This document shows, one piece after another, positions 52,104 to 61,631 of a DNA stretch of 64,000 nucleotides. How positions within the stretch are numbered: the stretch's first letter is position 1; each line of letters begins with the position of its first letter. The DNA comes from Candidatus Binatia bacterium (GTDB lineage Bacteria > Desulfobacterota > Binatia > Bin18). The DNA is taken from NCBI GenBank assembly GCA_963666315.2, contig CAXXHG010000043.1, positions 672,001 to 736,000 on the forward strand. The letters are read 5' to 3'. The notes beneath the pieces are model-generated. The model worked only from the letters and a program-made list of their open reading frames with translations, had not been told where the DNA came from and ran no database searches. A program made the translations under genes and the position numbers.

Positions 52104-53336
52104 ATGAAATTCATGTATTTCTTTCTGCCCACGCTGCCTGCAACCATGGAAGAGCGCCGCAGATTACGTCCGATCGCTAACGATCCGGATCGCTGGCAGC
52201 GCATGATCGAGGAGGTGGTCGAGGTCAGCCAACTCGCGGAAGAGGTCGGCTTCGATGCGGTCTGTTTCCCGGAACATCACCTGCATAGTGAAGGCATTGA
52301 GATGGGCAGCCTGCCGGTACTCACTCAGCATGTCATCCACAACACCAAACGGATCAAGGTTGGCCCAGTCGGCTATGTGCTGCCAGGTTGGAACCCGCTG
52401 CGCCTTGCGCTCGAAATTGCCTGGCTGGATCAACTGACCAAGGGCCGGACTTTTGTTGGCTTTGCGCGGGGTTATCAGTCGCGCTGGCTCAACCAAATGG
52501 CCCAGAAGATCCACGTCGGCGCTACGTTGAGTGACCAGAGCGAGGCGGACCGTATCAACCGCGAAGCATTTGAAGAAGTATTCCAGATTCTCAAACTGGC
52601 TTGGGGCGATGAGCCGTTTCGCTTCAAGGGCAAGTATTATGAATACCCCTCGCCCCAGGAAGGTACCCCGTGGCAGGCCCACGAGTGGACGCGCGAATGC
52701 GGCTTTCCGGGTGAGGTCGATGAACAGGGCCGTATCCAGAAGATCAATGTCGTGCCCAAGCCGTTCCAGCGACCGCATCCGCCGTTGTTCCAGGCCTTCT
52801 CAGCCAGTGAGGAGACCGTGCGCTGGTGCGCGCGTGAGGGAATCACGCCAACGATTTTGACCTCGCAACCACCACAAGTGCGTAAGCTGGTCGAAGCGTA
52901 CCATGCGGAAGCCCTGCAGGCCGGACGTGATGTGAAGTTTGGTGAGAACGTCGGCGTCGTACACGCCATGTATTTGGCTGAAAATAAGGAGCAGGCGCGC
53001 AAGCTTGCCGAGGACGGCATCTGCGGAGCGGCATTCCGAAACTTCTTCTATCATTTTGGCTTTTTTGAAGGCTGGCGCGAGCCAGAAGACGAAGCCAAAT
53101 ACCCCAGCGGTAAAGTCAAACTGCCAGTTGAAGAATGTACGATTTCCCGTATGGAACGCGCAGACTTTGCCTACCTCGGTAGCGTCGAAGACGTGCAGCG
53201 CAGCCTGGATGCCATGGTCGAAAACGTCAACCCCGAATGGTTTATCTGGCAGGGCGACCAAGGCTTTCTACCGGTTGACGAAGTCAAGCGCCAGGTCGAA
53301 ACCTTCGGCAAGAAATTGTTACCACGCTATAAATAA
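52104..53336 (+). CDS. luciferase-like (LLM) flavin-dependent oxidoreductase
   Basis: FPEHHLH, LDQLTKGR..GFARGYQ, VVPKPFQRPHPP. Confidence 0.9.
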   Translation: MKFMYFFLPTLPATMEERRRLRPIANDPDRWQRMIEEVVEVSQLAEEVGFDAVCFPEHHLHSEGIEMGSLPVLTQHVIHNTKRIKVGPVGYVLPGWNPLRLALEIAWLDQLTKGRTFVGFARGYQSRWLNQMAQKIHVGATLSDQSEADRINREAFEEVFQILKLAWGDEPFRFKGKYYEYPSPQEGTPWQAHEWTRECGFPGEVDEQGRIQKINVVPKPFQRPHPPLFQAFSASEETVRWCAREGITPTILTSQPPQVRKLVEAYHAEALQAGRDVKFGENVGVVHAMYLAENKEQARKLAEDGICGAAFRNFFYHFGFFEGWREPEDEAKYPSGKVKLPVEECTISRMERADFAYLGSVEDVQRSLDAMVENVNPEWFIWQGDQGFLPVDEVKRQVETFGKKLLPRYK

Positions 53337-53359
53337 CGTTCGTTGGGGATCACGGCACA

Positions 53360-54034
53360 TTGCAACTCCTGACAAAGAGCATCTTTAGAATCTTGGGAAT
53401 TTTTGGAATCTTCGGAATCTTGCTGCTGGGACTAGGAGCGAGAGTTGAGCTCGTCCTGGCCTTAGGACCAATCGATGGCCACGAGCTCCCAGCCACTGCG
53501 TTGGACCGGGTACAGGTCAGCATGCTCGCTCCTGATTTCACGCTCGAAGAAGAACACGGGACGCCGATTACGCTGTCAGCGTTCCGTGGCAAGCAAGCCG
53601 TCGTCCTCGTCTTCTATCGAGGCCACTGGTGACCCTACTGCATCAAGCAGCTCGTCGAGCTGCGAGCTTTGTTGCCCGATGGCGCAGCCCGGGAGGCCGT
53701 CCAAATCTTGGCGGTTAGTATCGACACCCATGCAGAGTCCCAAACGCTCAAAAGACGCTGGAGCGTCTTGGTCTCGACGGGCTCAGAGGAGGACAATGTA
53801 AGGGAAATCGGATTCCCGCTGCTGGAAGACCAAGAACATAAGGTGATCGACCGCTACGGACTACTCAACCCCAACAGCGCGGGCTTGCCGCATCCGGCTA
53901 CCTATGTGATTGATAAGGCAGGGATGGTGCGTTGGAAATTTATCGAAACCGATTATAAAGTCCGGCCTACAAATGCTGCCATCCTCGATGCGCTGGCGGC
54001 CGCGCACGAAGCGACTGTGCACGAAGCCCAGTAA
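53360..54034 (+). CDS. selenocysteine-containing exported peroxiredoxin-like (AhpC/TSA) protein, UxxC
   Basis: APDFTL..VVLVFYRGHW-TGA-PYC..ILAVSID..PATYVID; both track ORFs are in one frame; TGA at 53630-53632. Confidence 0.88.
53381..53425. repeat. degenerate 9-bp tandem repeat inside the signal peptide
   Basis: atctttaga atcttggga atttttgga atcttcgga atcttgctg. Confidence 0.6.
53647..53663 (+). promoter_or_regulatory. bacterial SECIS-like hairpin
   Basis: GCAGCTC-GTC-GAGCTGC; the G-initiated loop starts 21 nt after the UGA. Confidence 0.75.
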
Positions 54035-54133
54035 AAGGAATGGCATAAGTTCGGAAAGGCTGTTAGCATTTCAGGTCATTCATTATCATTCACTATCATG
54101 CACTGTCTGCAAAACACCTGAAGGAGGGATCTG

Positions 54134-55330
54134 ATGAGCGGATACTCAATTATTGACGTCGATACCCATGTCACCGAAAGTCCGGATCTGTGGACCAGTC
54201 GGGCGCCGGTCTCGATGCGCGACCAAGTGCCGCGTATCGAGACCGATAAAGATGGCAGCCTGTCCTGGGTCGTGGGTGGAAGCCCGATGTTGGCGAACCC
54301 AGGTATGACGGCGACCGCCGGGGTGGGGAATTTCAAGAACCCGCCCAAGAATTACGACGAGATGCACCCGGGCGCGTACGATGCCAAGGAACGACTGAAG
54401 TATATGGATACAATAGGCATCTGGGCCATGGTCATGTACCCGAACGTCGGCGGGTTCGGCGCCCAGGAGTTCTTAAAGTTGGGTGACCGCGAACTGATGC
54501 TCACCTGTGTGCAGATCTACAACGATTGGCAAACCGAGTGGGCGTCGGCCGACTCCCGCCGCTTGCTGCCGATCACATCGCTGCCGTTCTGGGATGTCGA
54601 CGCCGCAGTCAAAGAAGTCCGTCGCTGCGCCGCCATGGGGCATAAGGGCATTCTGTTCACTGGGGAGCCGCAATCCTTGGGCCAGCCGTTTTTGGGCGAC
54701 CCGCAGTGGAATCCGTTGTGGGAGGTCGCGGTCGAGCTGGATCTGCCGCTCAGCTTCCACATTGGGTCGGGGAATATGGAGCTGGGCCTGCTGAAAGACA
54801 AGATCTCAGCCTACGGCCGCATGGCCGCCTTTACGGAACTGTCGGTCGATATCTTCCTGCGCAACGGCATGCAGCTAAACGACTTGATCATGTCCGGCGT
54901 GCTGGCCCGCTATCCTGAGATTAAGTTCATATCGGTTGAGAGTGGCATCGGCTGGATTCCGTTTGTGCTCGAAGCGCTCGATTACCAGTTCCACGGCAAT
55001 GATGTGGCAGAGGAGCGCCCGGAATTCGATATGCTGCCGTCGGAGTATTTCGCCCGTAATATCTACGCCTGCTACTGGTTCGAGCAGATCGCACCACGGC
55101 GTCTGATCGACAAAGTCGGTGTCGATAATATTCTGTTTGAGACCGATTTTCCGCATCCCACGTCGCTATATGGTGACGAAGTCCACGCACGGATCAAAGG
55201 CGGCCTATCGGACTGTGAAGAGTCGGTACGGCGCAAGATCCTGTGGGAAAACGGCCAGAAGTTATACAAAGTCGAGCAGCCGACGGCCGACGACGAGGTG
55301 AAGCGCGAAACGGTCGCCGCCGCCGCGTAA
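54134..55330 (+). CDS. amidohydrolase_2 family protein
   Basis: IDVDTHVTE, ESGIGWIP, FETDFPHPTS. Confidence 0.92.
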   Translation: MSGYSIIDVDTHVTESPDLWTSRAPVSMRDQVPRIETDKDGSLSWVVGGSPMLANPGMTATAGVGNFKNPPKNYDEMHPGAYDAKERLKYMDTIGIWAMVMYPNVGGFGAQEFLKLGDRELMLTCVQIYNDWQTEWASADSRRLLPITSLPFWDVDAAVKEVRRCAAMGHKGILFTGEPQSLGQPFLGDPQWNPLWEVAVELDLPLSFHIGSGNMELGLLKDKISAYGRMAAFTELSVDIFLRNGMQLNDLIMSGVLARYPEIKFISVESGIGWIPFVLEALDYQFHGNDVAEERPEFDMLPSEYFARNIYACYWFEQIAPRRLIDKVGVDNILFETDFPHPTSLYGDEVHARIKGGLSDCEESVRRKILWENGQKLYKVEQPTADDEVKRETVAAAA

Positions 55331-55371
55331 AGCGCACGGGTTACGTTCACGGACATTGACCAAACATTCAG

Positions 55372-55403
55372 GGCTGAGGAGGGAAATCCTTCTCAGCCTT
55401 TCT
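55372..55403 (+). terminator. hairpin with T-rich tail
   Basis: GGCTGAGGAGG-GAAAT-CCTTCTCAGCC-TTTCT. Confidence 0.55.
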
Positions 55404-55429
55404 TGTCCTGCCTGTGGCAGGAGGTACAC

Positions 55430-55499
55430 GTCATTGCGAGCGAAGCAATCTGTGGCGGGAAAAGAGATTGCTTCGTCGCCTACGACTCCTAGCAATGAC
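55430..55499. repeat. GTCATTGCGAG-type REP pair
   Basis: GTCATTGCGAGCGAAGCAATCT...AGATTGCTTCG...TAGCAATGAC. Confidence 0.7.
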
Positions 55500-55542
55500 A
55501 CATCCTCTCCACTTTCCAAACACGCTCTAGAAGCGCGTCGCC

Positions 55543-56418
55543 CTACACCCTGCGTGCGGCTTCCACGACCGGCGCAACTTTGTCTATGCACTCCATGACC
55601 TGGCCAGTCGCAATGGCTTGGGCAAACGGTTGCGAGAACAGGACGAGGCGGTTTGCGCCCGCATCTCGAAAGGCTTTCATGTCATCGGCTGACAGCGCGC
55701 CGTCTTTGGGATCGACAAAGGCCGACATCTGCAGCGAGTCCGGATCCCGTCCGAACTCCTTGGCCATCTTACGGATGGACTCGACCTTGGTTTTATAGTC
55801 TGCCGGATCAAACGCCAGCGGACACCAGCCATCATAGGTCCGCGCCACGCGTTCCAAAGCCTTGGGCACATGACCGCCTAGATAGATCGGCGGACCGGAT
55901 TTTTGGACCGGCTTGGGATCGCAGAATACGGGCGGGAACTGGACCATTTCGCCTTGGTAACTGGGCTCTTTCTCCGTCCAACACACACGTAGAGCTTCTG
56001 TTGTCTCGCGCAAGCGCCGCCAGCGCAAACGGAAGTTCATACCCATGACTTCGGTCTCTTCGCGCAACCAGCCTGCGCCCACACCCAAAATAGTTCGGCC
56101 ACCGGAATACAGGTCGAGCGTAGCAATCATTTTTGCCGTGACGAGCGGCTCGCGCTCAGGAAACAGGCAAATACCGGTTGCGAGTTTGAGGCTGGTGGTT
56201 GCAGCTGCGGCCATGGTCAGGGCTATAAACGGATCTCCCCAGCGGTTGTAGTGCTCCGGCAACGTACCCCCACCGGGCACCTCGGTCTTGTATCCGACTG
56301 GGATCACGGGATGTTCCGGTATCCATAACGATTCGAAACCGAGACCTTCCAGCCGCTGCGCAATTTCGGTGATGTTCTTCGTTTCTACCGTCGCCGGCAC
56401 AAGTATGCCAATGTCCAT
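55543..56418 (-). CDS. LLM-class, probably F420-dependent oxidoreductase
   Basis: GFESLWIPEHPVIP, DPFIAL, LDLYSGGR..GVGAGWLREE, PKPVQ..PPIYLGG. Confidence 0.9.
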   Translation of the reverse strand: MDIGILVPATVETKNITEIAQRLEGLGFESLWIPEHPVIPVGYKTEVPGGGTLPEHYNRWGDPFIALTMAAAATTSLKLATGICLFPEREPLVTAKMIATLDLYSGGRTILGVGAGWLREETEVMGMNFRLRWRRLRETTEALRVCWTEKEPSYQGEMVQFPPVFCDPKPVQKSGPPIYLGGHVPKALERVARTYDGWCPLAFDPADYKTKVESIRKMAKEFGRDPDSLQMSAFVDPKDGALSADDMKAFRDAGANRLVLFSQPFAQAIATGQVMECIDKVAPVVEAARRV

Positions 56419-56465
56419 AGGTTTCCCTCCTTTGCACGAAAAGACCCAGCCAATAGAGATTCACC

Positions 56466-56651
56466 CTAGTGCAAAGACAGTCAACCTCTTTGGGAATCCG
56501 CTTTGCCTCCTCGCCCGCTGGCGGGAGAGGAGGCAGGTGAGGGTGGTTGAAATCTCCTTCCATTCCCCTCGCCCTCGCCCTCGCCCTCGCCCTCTCCTCA
56601 ACGGGGCGAGGGAATTGCTATTCCCAAGGAGGTGTCTTGAAGTTGCACTAG
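56466..56651. mobile_element. MITE-like element E with CTAGTGCAA...TTGCACTAG ends and REP cargo
   Basis: Imperfect ~32-bp IRs; internal GGGAGAGG REP pair and (CCCTCG)4 at 56566-56589. Confidence 0.7.
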
Positions 56652-56669
56652 GCTACGAGCACTGAGCGC

Positions 56670-56697
56670 TCAGGGGCATCGCACTCGATACCCCTGA
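56670..56697. terminator. hairpin downstream of the D-aminoacylase gene
   Basis: TCAGGGGCATCG-CACT-CGATACCCCTGA. Confidence 0.5.
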
Positions 56698-56711
56698 AAC
56701 GCGGATGAGGT

Positions 56712-58436
56712 CTACGCACTCCGAACGATACGACCCGGACGCGCGCCCGTGTCTGTGCCGTTCTCTTGCACGACTTCGCCACTCACAAAGGTCTTCTCAT
56801 ACCCCGTGGCGGTTTGCATCAGACGCGGCATGCCAGCCGGCAGATCGTACACCATCTCAGGATGACTCACGCTCAGATTGTCATAATCGATCAGGTTCAC
56901 ATCTGCCTTGGCACCCGGCTCCAGCGTGCCCCGGTCTGTCATCCCAAACAGACGCGCCCCATCATGGGTCAGTTTCTTGACCACAAATTCAAGTGGCAAA
57001 TACTGTGGATCGTCAGCAGCCTTATCGCGCGACCAGTGGGTCATCGAATACGTCGCCATGCCGGCATCAGTAATCTGACGCACGTGGGCGCCGGCGTCAC
57101 TGCCTCCCAAGACCGTAATGGGATCACAAATCAGCTCGTGCAGCGGCTTCGCGTTGCCGTCCGCATAACCAACAGCCGCATACATCAGAAAAGCGCGACC
57201 GTTTTGTTCGAGCATCAGATCATAGACCACCTCACGTGGATTGCGGTCTTGGCGCTTGGCAATCTCGGAAATGCTTTTGTCACTGGTCGGCTCGTAGTTG
57301 AGATCCTCTCCCATCGGATAGGTCCGATCCCAGACCTTCTCGTTTTGGTACAGCAGCGACATACCAGTCGTGTTGGGGTCCTTTTCCGTCAGCAGCTTGC
57401 GACGCAGCTCAGGATATCGCAGCGCGGCGATCTTCTCGTCATGAGAAAGTTTCTTCAGCGGTTGAAAGCTGGCCAGATACTCAAACGGATTGTCACCCTG
57501 GAAGCTGAACAGAACGCAGACCGGGCGTGTGAATACCATCGGAGTGATAGCGACACCGTCTTGCACTGCTGCGGTGCATTTCGCCATGACCTCGCGCCAT
57601 TGGTCGGGGTAGGTATTATTCTGAGCTAAGAGGAAGGTCAGCGGACATCCCGTAGCGCGTGAAATCCGGATCATCATATCGATCTCTTGCAATAGACCTG
57701 GATCTTCACCGGCAACGCCGCGTGGCACCATTTCCAGAATGCCGCGTCCGGTCGAGCGAACAGCCTGGGCAATACCAATCAGCTCTTCTTCCGTGGCAAA
57801 GGTGCCGGGCACAGGTTCACCGTCATTGGCAGTGTGCACCAGGGTGCGCGAAGTCGAGAAGCCCAACGCACCGGCCAGAACAGCCTCTTTCACGATGGCG
57901 GCCATCTTGGCGATATCGTCCTGCGTTGCGGGTTCGTTCTTGGCGCCGCGTTCGCCCATGACAAAGGCACGCAAGGCCCCGTGCGTAATCATGCCGCCAA
58001 TGTCCAAAGTGCGCGGCATCTTCTCCAGCACGTCTAGATATTCCGAAAAGGTCTGCCAACCCCACGGCAGCCCAGCCGCCAGCGACGGACCTGGAATATC
58101 CTCAACGCCTTCCATCAAACCGATCAACCAGTCGTGGCGGTCCGGCGTTGCAGGAGCGAAACCAACACCACAATTGCCCATGACCACGGTCGAAACGCCG
58201 TGCCACAGCGACGGGGTCATTTGTTCGTCCCAGGCAGCTTGGCCGTCATAGTGCGTATGTACGTCTACCCAGGCCGGGGTCACTAATAGGCCATCTGCGT
58301 CGACCGTTTTCTTGGCGCTCCCCAGGTCCTTGCCGACTGCGGCAATACGTCCATTCGCAATCGCCACGTCGCCGCTGAATGCAGATTTCCCTGTCCCGTC
58401 AACAATCCTTCCCCCCCGAATTAATACATCGTGCAC
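56712..58436 (-). CDS. N-acyl-D-amino-acid deacylase family amidohydrolase
   Basis: VDVHTHYDGQ, GNCGVGFAP, GFSTSRT, SDAGAH, TGARPG. Confidence 0.92.
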   Translation of the reverse strand: MHDVLIRGGRIVDGTGKSAFSGDVAIANGRIAAVGKDLGSAKKTVDADGLLVTPAWVDVHTHYDGQAAWDEQMTPSLWHGVSTVVMGNCGVGFAPATPDRHDWLIGLMEGVEDIPGPSLAAGLPWGWQTFSEYLDVLEKMPRTLDIGGMITHGALRAFVMGERGAKNEPATQDDIAKMAAIVKEAVLAGALGFSTSRTLVHTANDGEPVPGTFATEEELIGIAQAVRSTGRGILEMVPRGVAGEDPGLLQEIDMMIRISRATGCPLTFLLAQNNTYPDQWREVMAKCTAAVQDGVAITPMVFTRPVCVLFSFQGDNPFEYLASFQPLKKLSHDEKIAALRYPELRRKLLTEKDPNTTGMSLLYQNEKVWDRTYPMGEDLNYEPTSDKSISEIAKRQDRNPREVVYDLMLEQNGRAFLMYAAVGYADGNAKPLHELICDPITVLGGSDAGAHVRQITDAGMATYSMTHWSRDKAADDPQYLPLEFVVKKLTHDGARLFGMTDRGTLEPGAKADVNLIDYDNLSVSHPEMVYDLPAGMPRLMQTATGYEKTFVSGEVVQENGTDTGARPGRIVRSA

Positions 58437-58673
58437 GACATTCCTCCTTTTTCCTTCTCTACATGTGAATCGAATAATGATCCTGAATCATACTAACTGA
58501 CCATAAGATAATCTTGAGCAACATATAGGTTAGGCCCCCTATATGGCAACAGGTTTCTGATCGATACAGATCTAAAGGGTGCACGGTGCGACGCTCACTG
58601 CCAGAGCGCGGGGTTGCGAGGGGAACCGCACGAGGTTAGGAATAAAAAGGTGATTATGTAGAGGAGGGAAATT

Positions 58674-59105
58674 ATGAGTGAAAATACCTACAACGGGAGT
58701 TGTTTCTGTGGCGCGGTCCAATTGACAGTAACGGGCGCGCCTGCGGCTATGGGTTACTGCCACTGTGAGTCGTGCCGCCACTGGTCGGCAGGGCCGGTCA
58801 ACGCATTCACCCTGTGGCAACCCAACGCGGTTGTGGTCACCCAAGGCGCTGACAATTTGGCCAGCTATGCCAAGACCGACAACAGTCACCGCAAGTGGTG
58901 CAAAACCTGCGGCGGGCACGTGTTTACCGAGCACCCAGGGATGGGCCTCACGGATGTGTACGCCGCAGTGATACCCGACCTGCCCTTCCAGCCTGGGGTC
59001 CACGTCTTCTATGAAGAAACCGTACTGCGCATCCACGACGGCATTACAAAACAGAAGGATGTACCCACTGAAATGGGTGGCTCCGGCGTAGAACTGCCCG
59101 AATAG
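58674..59105 (+). CDS. GFA / CENP-V family Zn protein
   Basis: GSCFCGAV, CHCESCR, CKTCG. Confidence 0.92.
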   Translation: MSENTYNGSCFCGAVQLTVTGAPAAMGYCHCESCRHWSAGPVNAFTLWQPNAVVVTQGADNLASYAKTDNSHRKWCKTCGGHVFTEHPGMGLTDVYAAVIPDLPFQPGVHVFYEETVLRIHDGITKQKDVPTEMGGSGVELPE

Positions 59106-59115
59106 TCAGCTCTTA

Positions 59116-59273
59116 GTGCCTATCCGAACACCCATAGGCTCCCGGTTCTGTCATTCTGAGCAAAGCGAAGTATCTCTCCCCTAGGCGTGGAGGTGAGATG
59201 TTTCGCGGAGTTTATCCTGAGCGCAGTCGAAGGACTCAACATGACACCGTGAAACCCTTATTTGGATAGCCTC
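59116..59273. mobile_element. MITE-like element C with nested REPs
   Basis: TTA|GTGCCTATCCGAACA...TATTTGGATAGCCTC|TTA; GTCATTCTGAGC..ATGAC pair with CCTGAGCGCAGTCGAAGG inserted. Confidence 0.7.
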
Positions 59274-59346
59274 TTAGCGGCCTCGCCGTCTATGACAAGG
59301 GCATCCCAAACACTTTCTCAGATAATTTCTTGATATGGGGTGCAGT

Positions 59347-59871
59347 TCAAAACACGCCAGACCGAACAGGATCTTTGCCATCCCAATCCTTTGCCGCGTT
59401 TTCAACCATCAAGAACATCTCGTTCAATGAGGCCGTATTTTCCCACAGTTCGGTGAAGTGACCAATCGCCTGGACCGTATCGAAATAGACCACGTGGGTG
59501 TCCCCCACCATTAACTCAAAGGCCGCTTCATGACCCAACTCTTTATACTGGGTACAGGCGGCTTGGTAATCTGGCGGCACGAGACCGAAATGATGGATAC
59601 CAACACGACCCGCCTCCAGAAATTCTTTGTACACAGACGGCTCACTATTATGTTGAAACATAAGTTCGATTTGCACCGCGCCGGTGTTCCGCAGCGTTAT
59701 GGTCAGATCCACATTTGAGGGCTGGCCACGATAGCGCTGATTTTCGAGCGGGACATGTTCGAACACATAAAACGGTCCGACGTGCAGCACATCGGTCCAG
59801 TATTTGAGAGCGGCATCAAGATCTTGGGTCACGTAGGCGAGTTGTCGGACAGTCTGCAGCGGCTGGGTCAT
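59347..59871 (-). CDS. VOC/glyoxalase family protein
   Basis: RQLAYV..VGPF..QIELM..GIHHFG..YFDT..FTEL. Confidence 0.88.
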   Translation of the reverse strand: MTQPLQTVRQLAYVTQDLDAALKYWTDVLHVGPFYVFEHVPLENQRYRGQPSNVDLTITLRNTGAVQIELMFQHNSEPSVYKEFLEAGRVGIHHFGLVPPDYQAACTQYKELGHEAAFELMVGDTHVVYFDTVQAIGHFTELWENTASLNEMFLMVENAAKDWDGKDPVRSGVF

Positions 59872-59919
59872 GTCTGAGATCCTCCTTCATCTAAAACCTA
59901 AACCAAATCACGATACTAA

Positions 59920-60073
59920 GAACGCCTAACAAAACTGGTTGGAGTACGTTGTCAGCGCGCCAGCCCGGCCCCCTGGATTCCCGTTTCCACGGGAATAACA
60001 GTCCGTATTGTGTCATACCTGCGAAGGCAGGTATCCAGGCTTACGGGACTAGGCGGAGTTTTGTTAGTGGCTC
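59920..60073. mobile_element. MITE-like element D (sister of B)
   Basis: TAA|GAACGCCTAACAAAACT...AGTTTTGTTAGTGGCTC|TTA; cargo nearly identical to B. Confidence 0.75.
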
Positions 60074-60240
60074 TTAGAGCCATCTTCAGCATAATGCTAT
60101 TCTCTGACAGAGAGTCAGACACTAGCCGACACGTGTACAAACGCCAATCATGCCGACAAGAATCCCTCAACTGCTAGTAGAAGAAGATCAGCTTCGCGTT
60201 CCATTTGCGAAAACTTCCGGCTTCGCATAAAGAGAGAGGC

Positions 60241-61200
60241 ATGGCTGAGCAACGGATATTCACTGAACGTGACGATCGCTTTCACTTCGAGGAGATGAGT
60301 GGCGACTGGTGGGCGACCGAGACCGCCTGGTTCTCATTTTCTCACCCAGAGCGTCGTTTGGGCGGTTGGTTCTACACCATGGCGCGGCCCAATATTGGTA
60401 CAGTAGCGGGAGGGGCTTGGATCTGGGATGACTCGGCCCATCTGCCGTGGGAGGCCCTCTATTCGGCAAACTATACCGCCCTTGAGCTGCCGTGCGATCA
60501 AGACTTGAATGACATTACTCTGCCGACCGGTGTTTCAATCCGCGTGATCGAACCGTGTATGTCCTACGCCCTGGGTTATAACGATGACTCGCGTTTGCAG
60601 GCGTCGCTCCGTTTTGATGGCGTGATGCCACCCGAGCCCCTGACCAGTACCGGCTCGACTTTTGGACGTTCGCACCATTTTGATCAGATCGGGCGCGTGA
60701 GTGGAGAGATCATCTTACATGGAGAGACTATCCCCATCGACTGCCTGGCAGTACGCGACCGCACCTGGGGACGACGGCGTGAGGACCGCCCACGCCAAGC
60801 CGCTTATGTCACAGGCGTGGCCAGTCCTGGGCACGGATTTCTCGCCGTCAGCAACGTCGAGGAAGAGCGTAATCCAGTCGCCTATGGTTTTCTCCATCGC
60901 GATGGACGGACACTGCCGCTGACCCAAGGCGAGCGCCGTCTTGAGAGAGACAACGAAAACGGTTGGATCACTCGCGTCGAGATCCACGCAAATGATGCAG
61001 AGGGGCGCGAACTCCATGCTATTGGTACACCGCTGAGTCGGCTCGTGATTAATCGCCACACGTTCATCGATATCAACAGCCTGATTGAGTGGGACATCAA
61101 CGGCGAGAGCGGTCATGGCGAGGACCAAGACATGTGGCCCGTCCATCGCTGGTCCCGTATGCGCCGGAATGCCCGAGCTGAGAACGGAAGCGGAGCCTGA
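60241..61200 (+). CDS. conserved hypothetical beta-rich protein (tocopherol cyclase/AttH-like fold suspected)
   Basis: WWATETAWFSF, HFDQIGRVSG, RDRTWG, GHGEDQD. Confidence 0.7.
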   Translation: MAEQRIFTERDDRFHFEEMSGDWWATETAWFSFSHPERRLGGWFYTMARPNIGTVAGGAWIWDDSAHLPWEALYSANYTALELPCDQDLNDITLPTGVSIRVIEPCMSYALGYNDDSRLQASLRFDGVMPPEPLTSTGSTFGRSHHFDQIGRVSGEIILHGETIPIDCLAVRDRTWGRRREDRPRQAAYVTGVASPGHGFLAVSNVEEERNPVAYGFLHRDGRTLPLTQGERRLERDNENGWITRVEIHANDAEGRELHAIGTPLSRLVINRHTFIDINSLIEWDINGESGHGEDQDMWPVHRWSRMRRNARAENGSGA

Positions 61201-61631
61201 TGTCCCACTACACACATCTGGCTCCAGACGAACTCTTAGAGCGGATCGCTCGTACCCTCAAAAAAGACATTGGACCGGCAGTTGAGGCAGCCTACCCCAA
61301 GACACAAGCGTTCATGGCGTCGGTCGTATTACAAAAACTCGCTGGTCAGTTACGACTGGCAGACGAACACGCCGCCACCAGTCAACGCGATTTAAAAGAA
61401 TTGGCTGAGGAACTCAGCCAACTGACCTCGTCTGACAGCATTCCATCGTCCCTTTCTGATGCGATTCACACGCTACGCCAAGCCCTCGACACAACGAGTG
61501 TGTCCCATCTGATTGAAACATTATATGCAACCCGATCCGAGCTGGGTGAGGAGCGCTTTGAGCGCATCATCGGTCAGGTCCGCGTGCGACTTCGCGCGCG
61601 CGTCGACCGCGAGATGGTGTATGCAGCATGA
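61200..61631 (+). CDS. small helical protein, LvaB/DUF6285-like
   Basis: PDELLERIARTLKKDIGPAV..QAFMASVVL; coupled to both neighbours. Confidence 0.6.
   Translation: MSHYTHLAPDELLERIARTLKKDIGPAVEAAYPKTQAFMASVVLQKLAGQLRLADEHAATSQRDLKELAEELSQLTSSDSIPSSLSDAIHTLRQALDTTSVSHLIETLYATRSELGEERFERIIGQVRVRLRARVDREMVYAA

Noticed and set aside
56766-57629. Long antisense or shadow ORFs (also 629-1171, 29401-30072, 34687-35397, 51189-51842)
   Set aside because: They overlap well-supported genes on the opposite strand and have no motifs; expected in GC-rich coding DNA.
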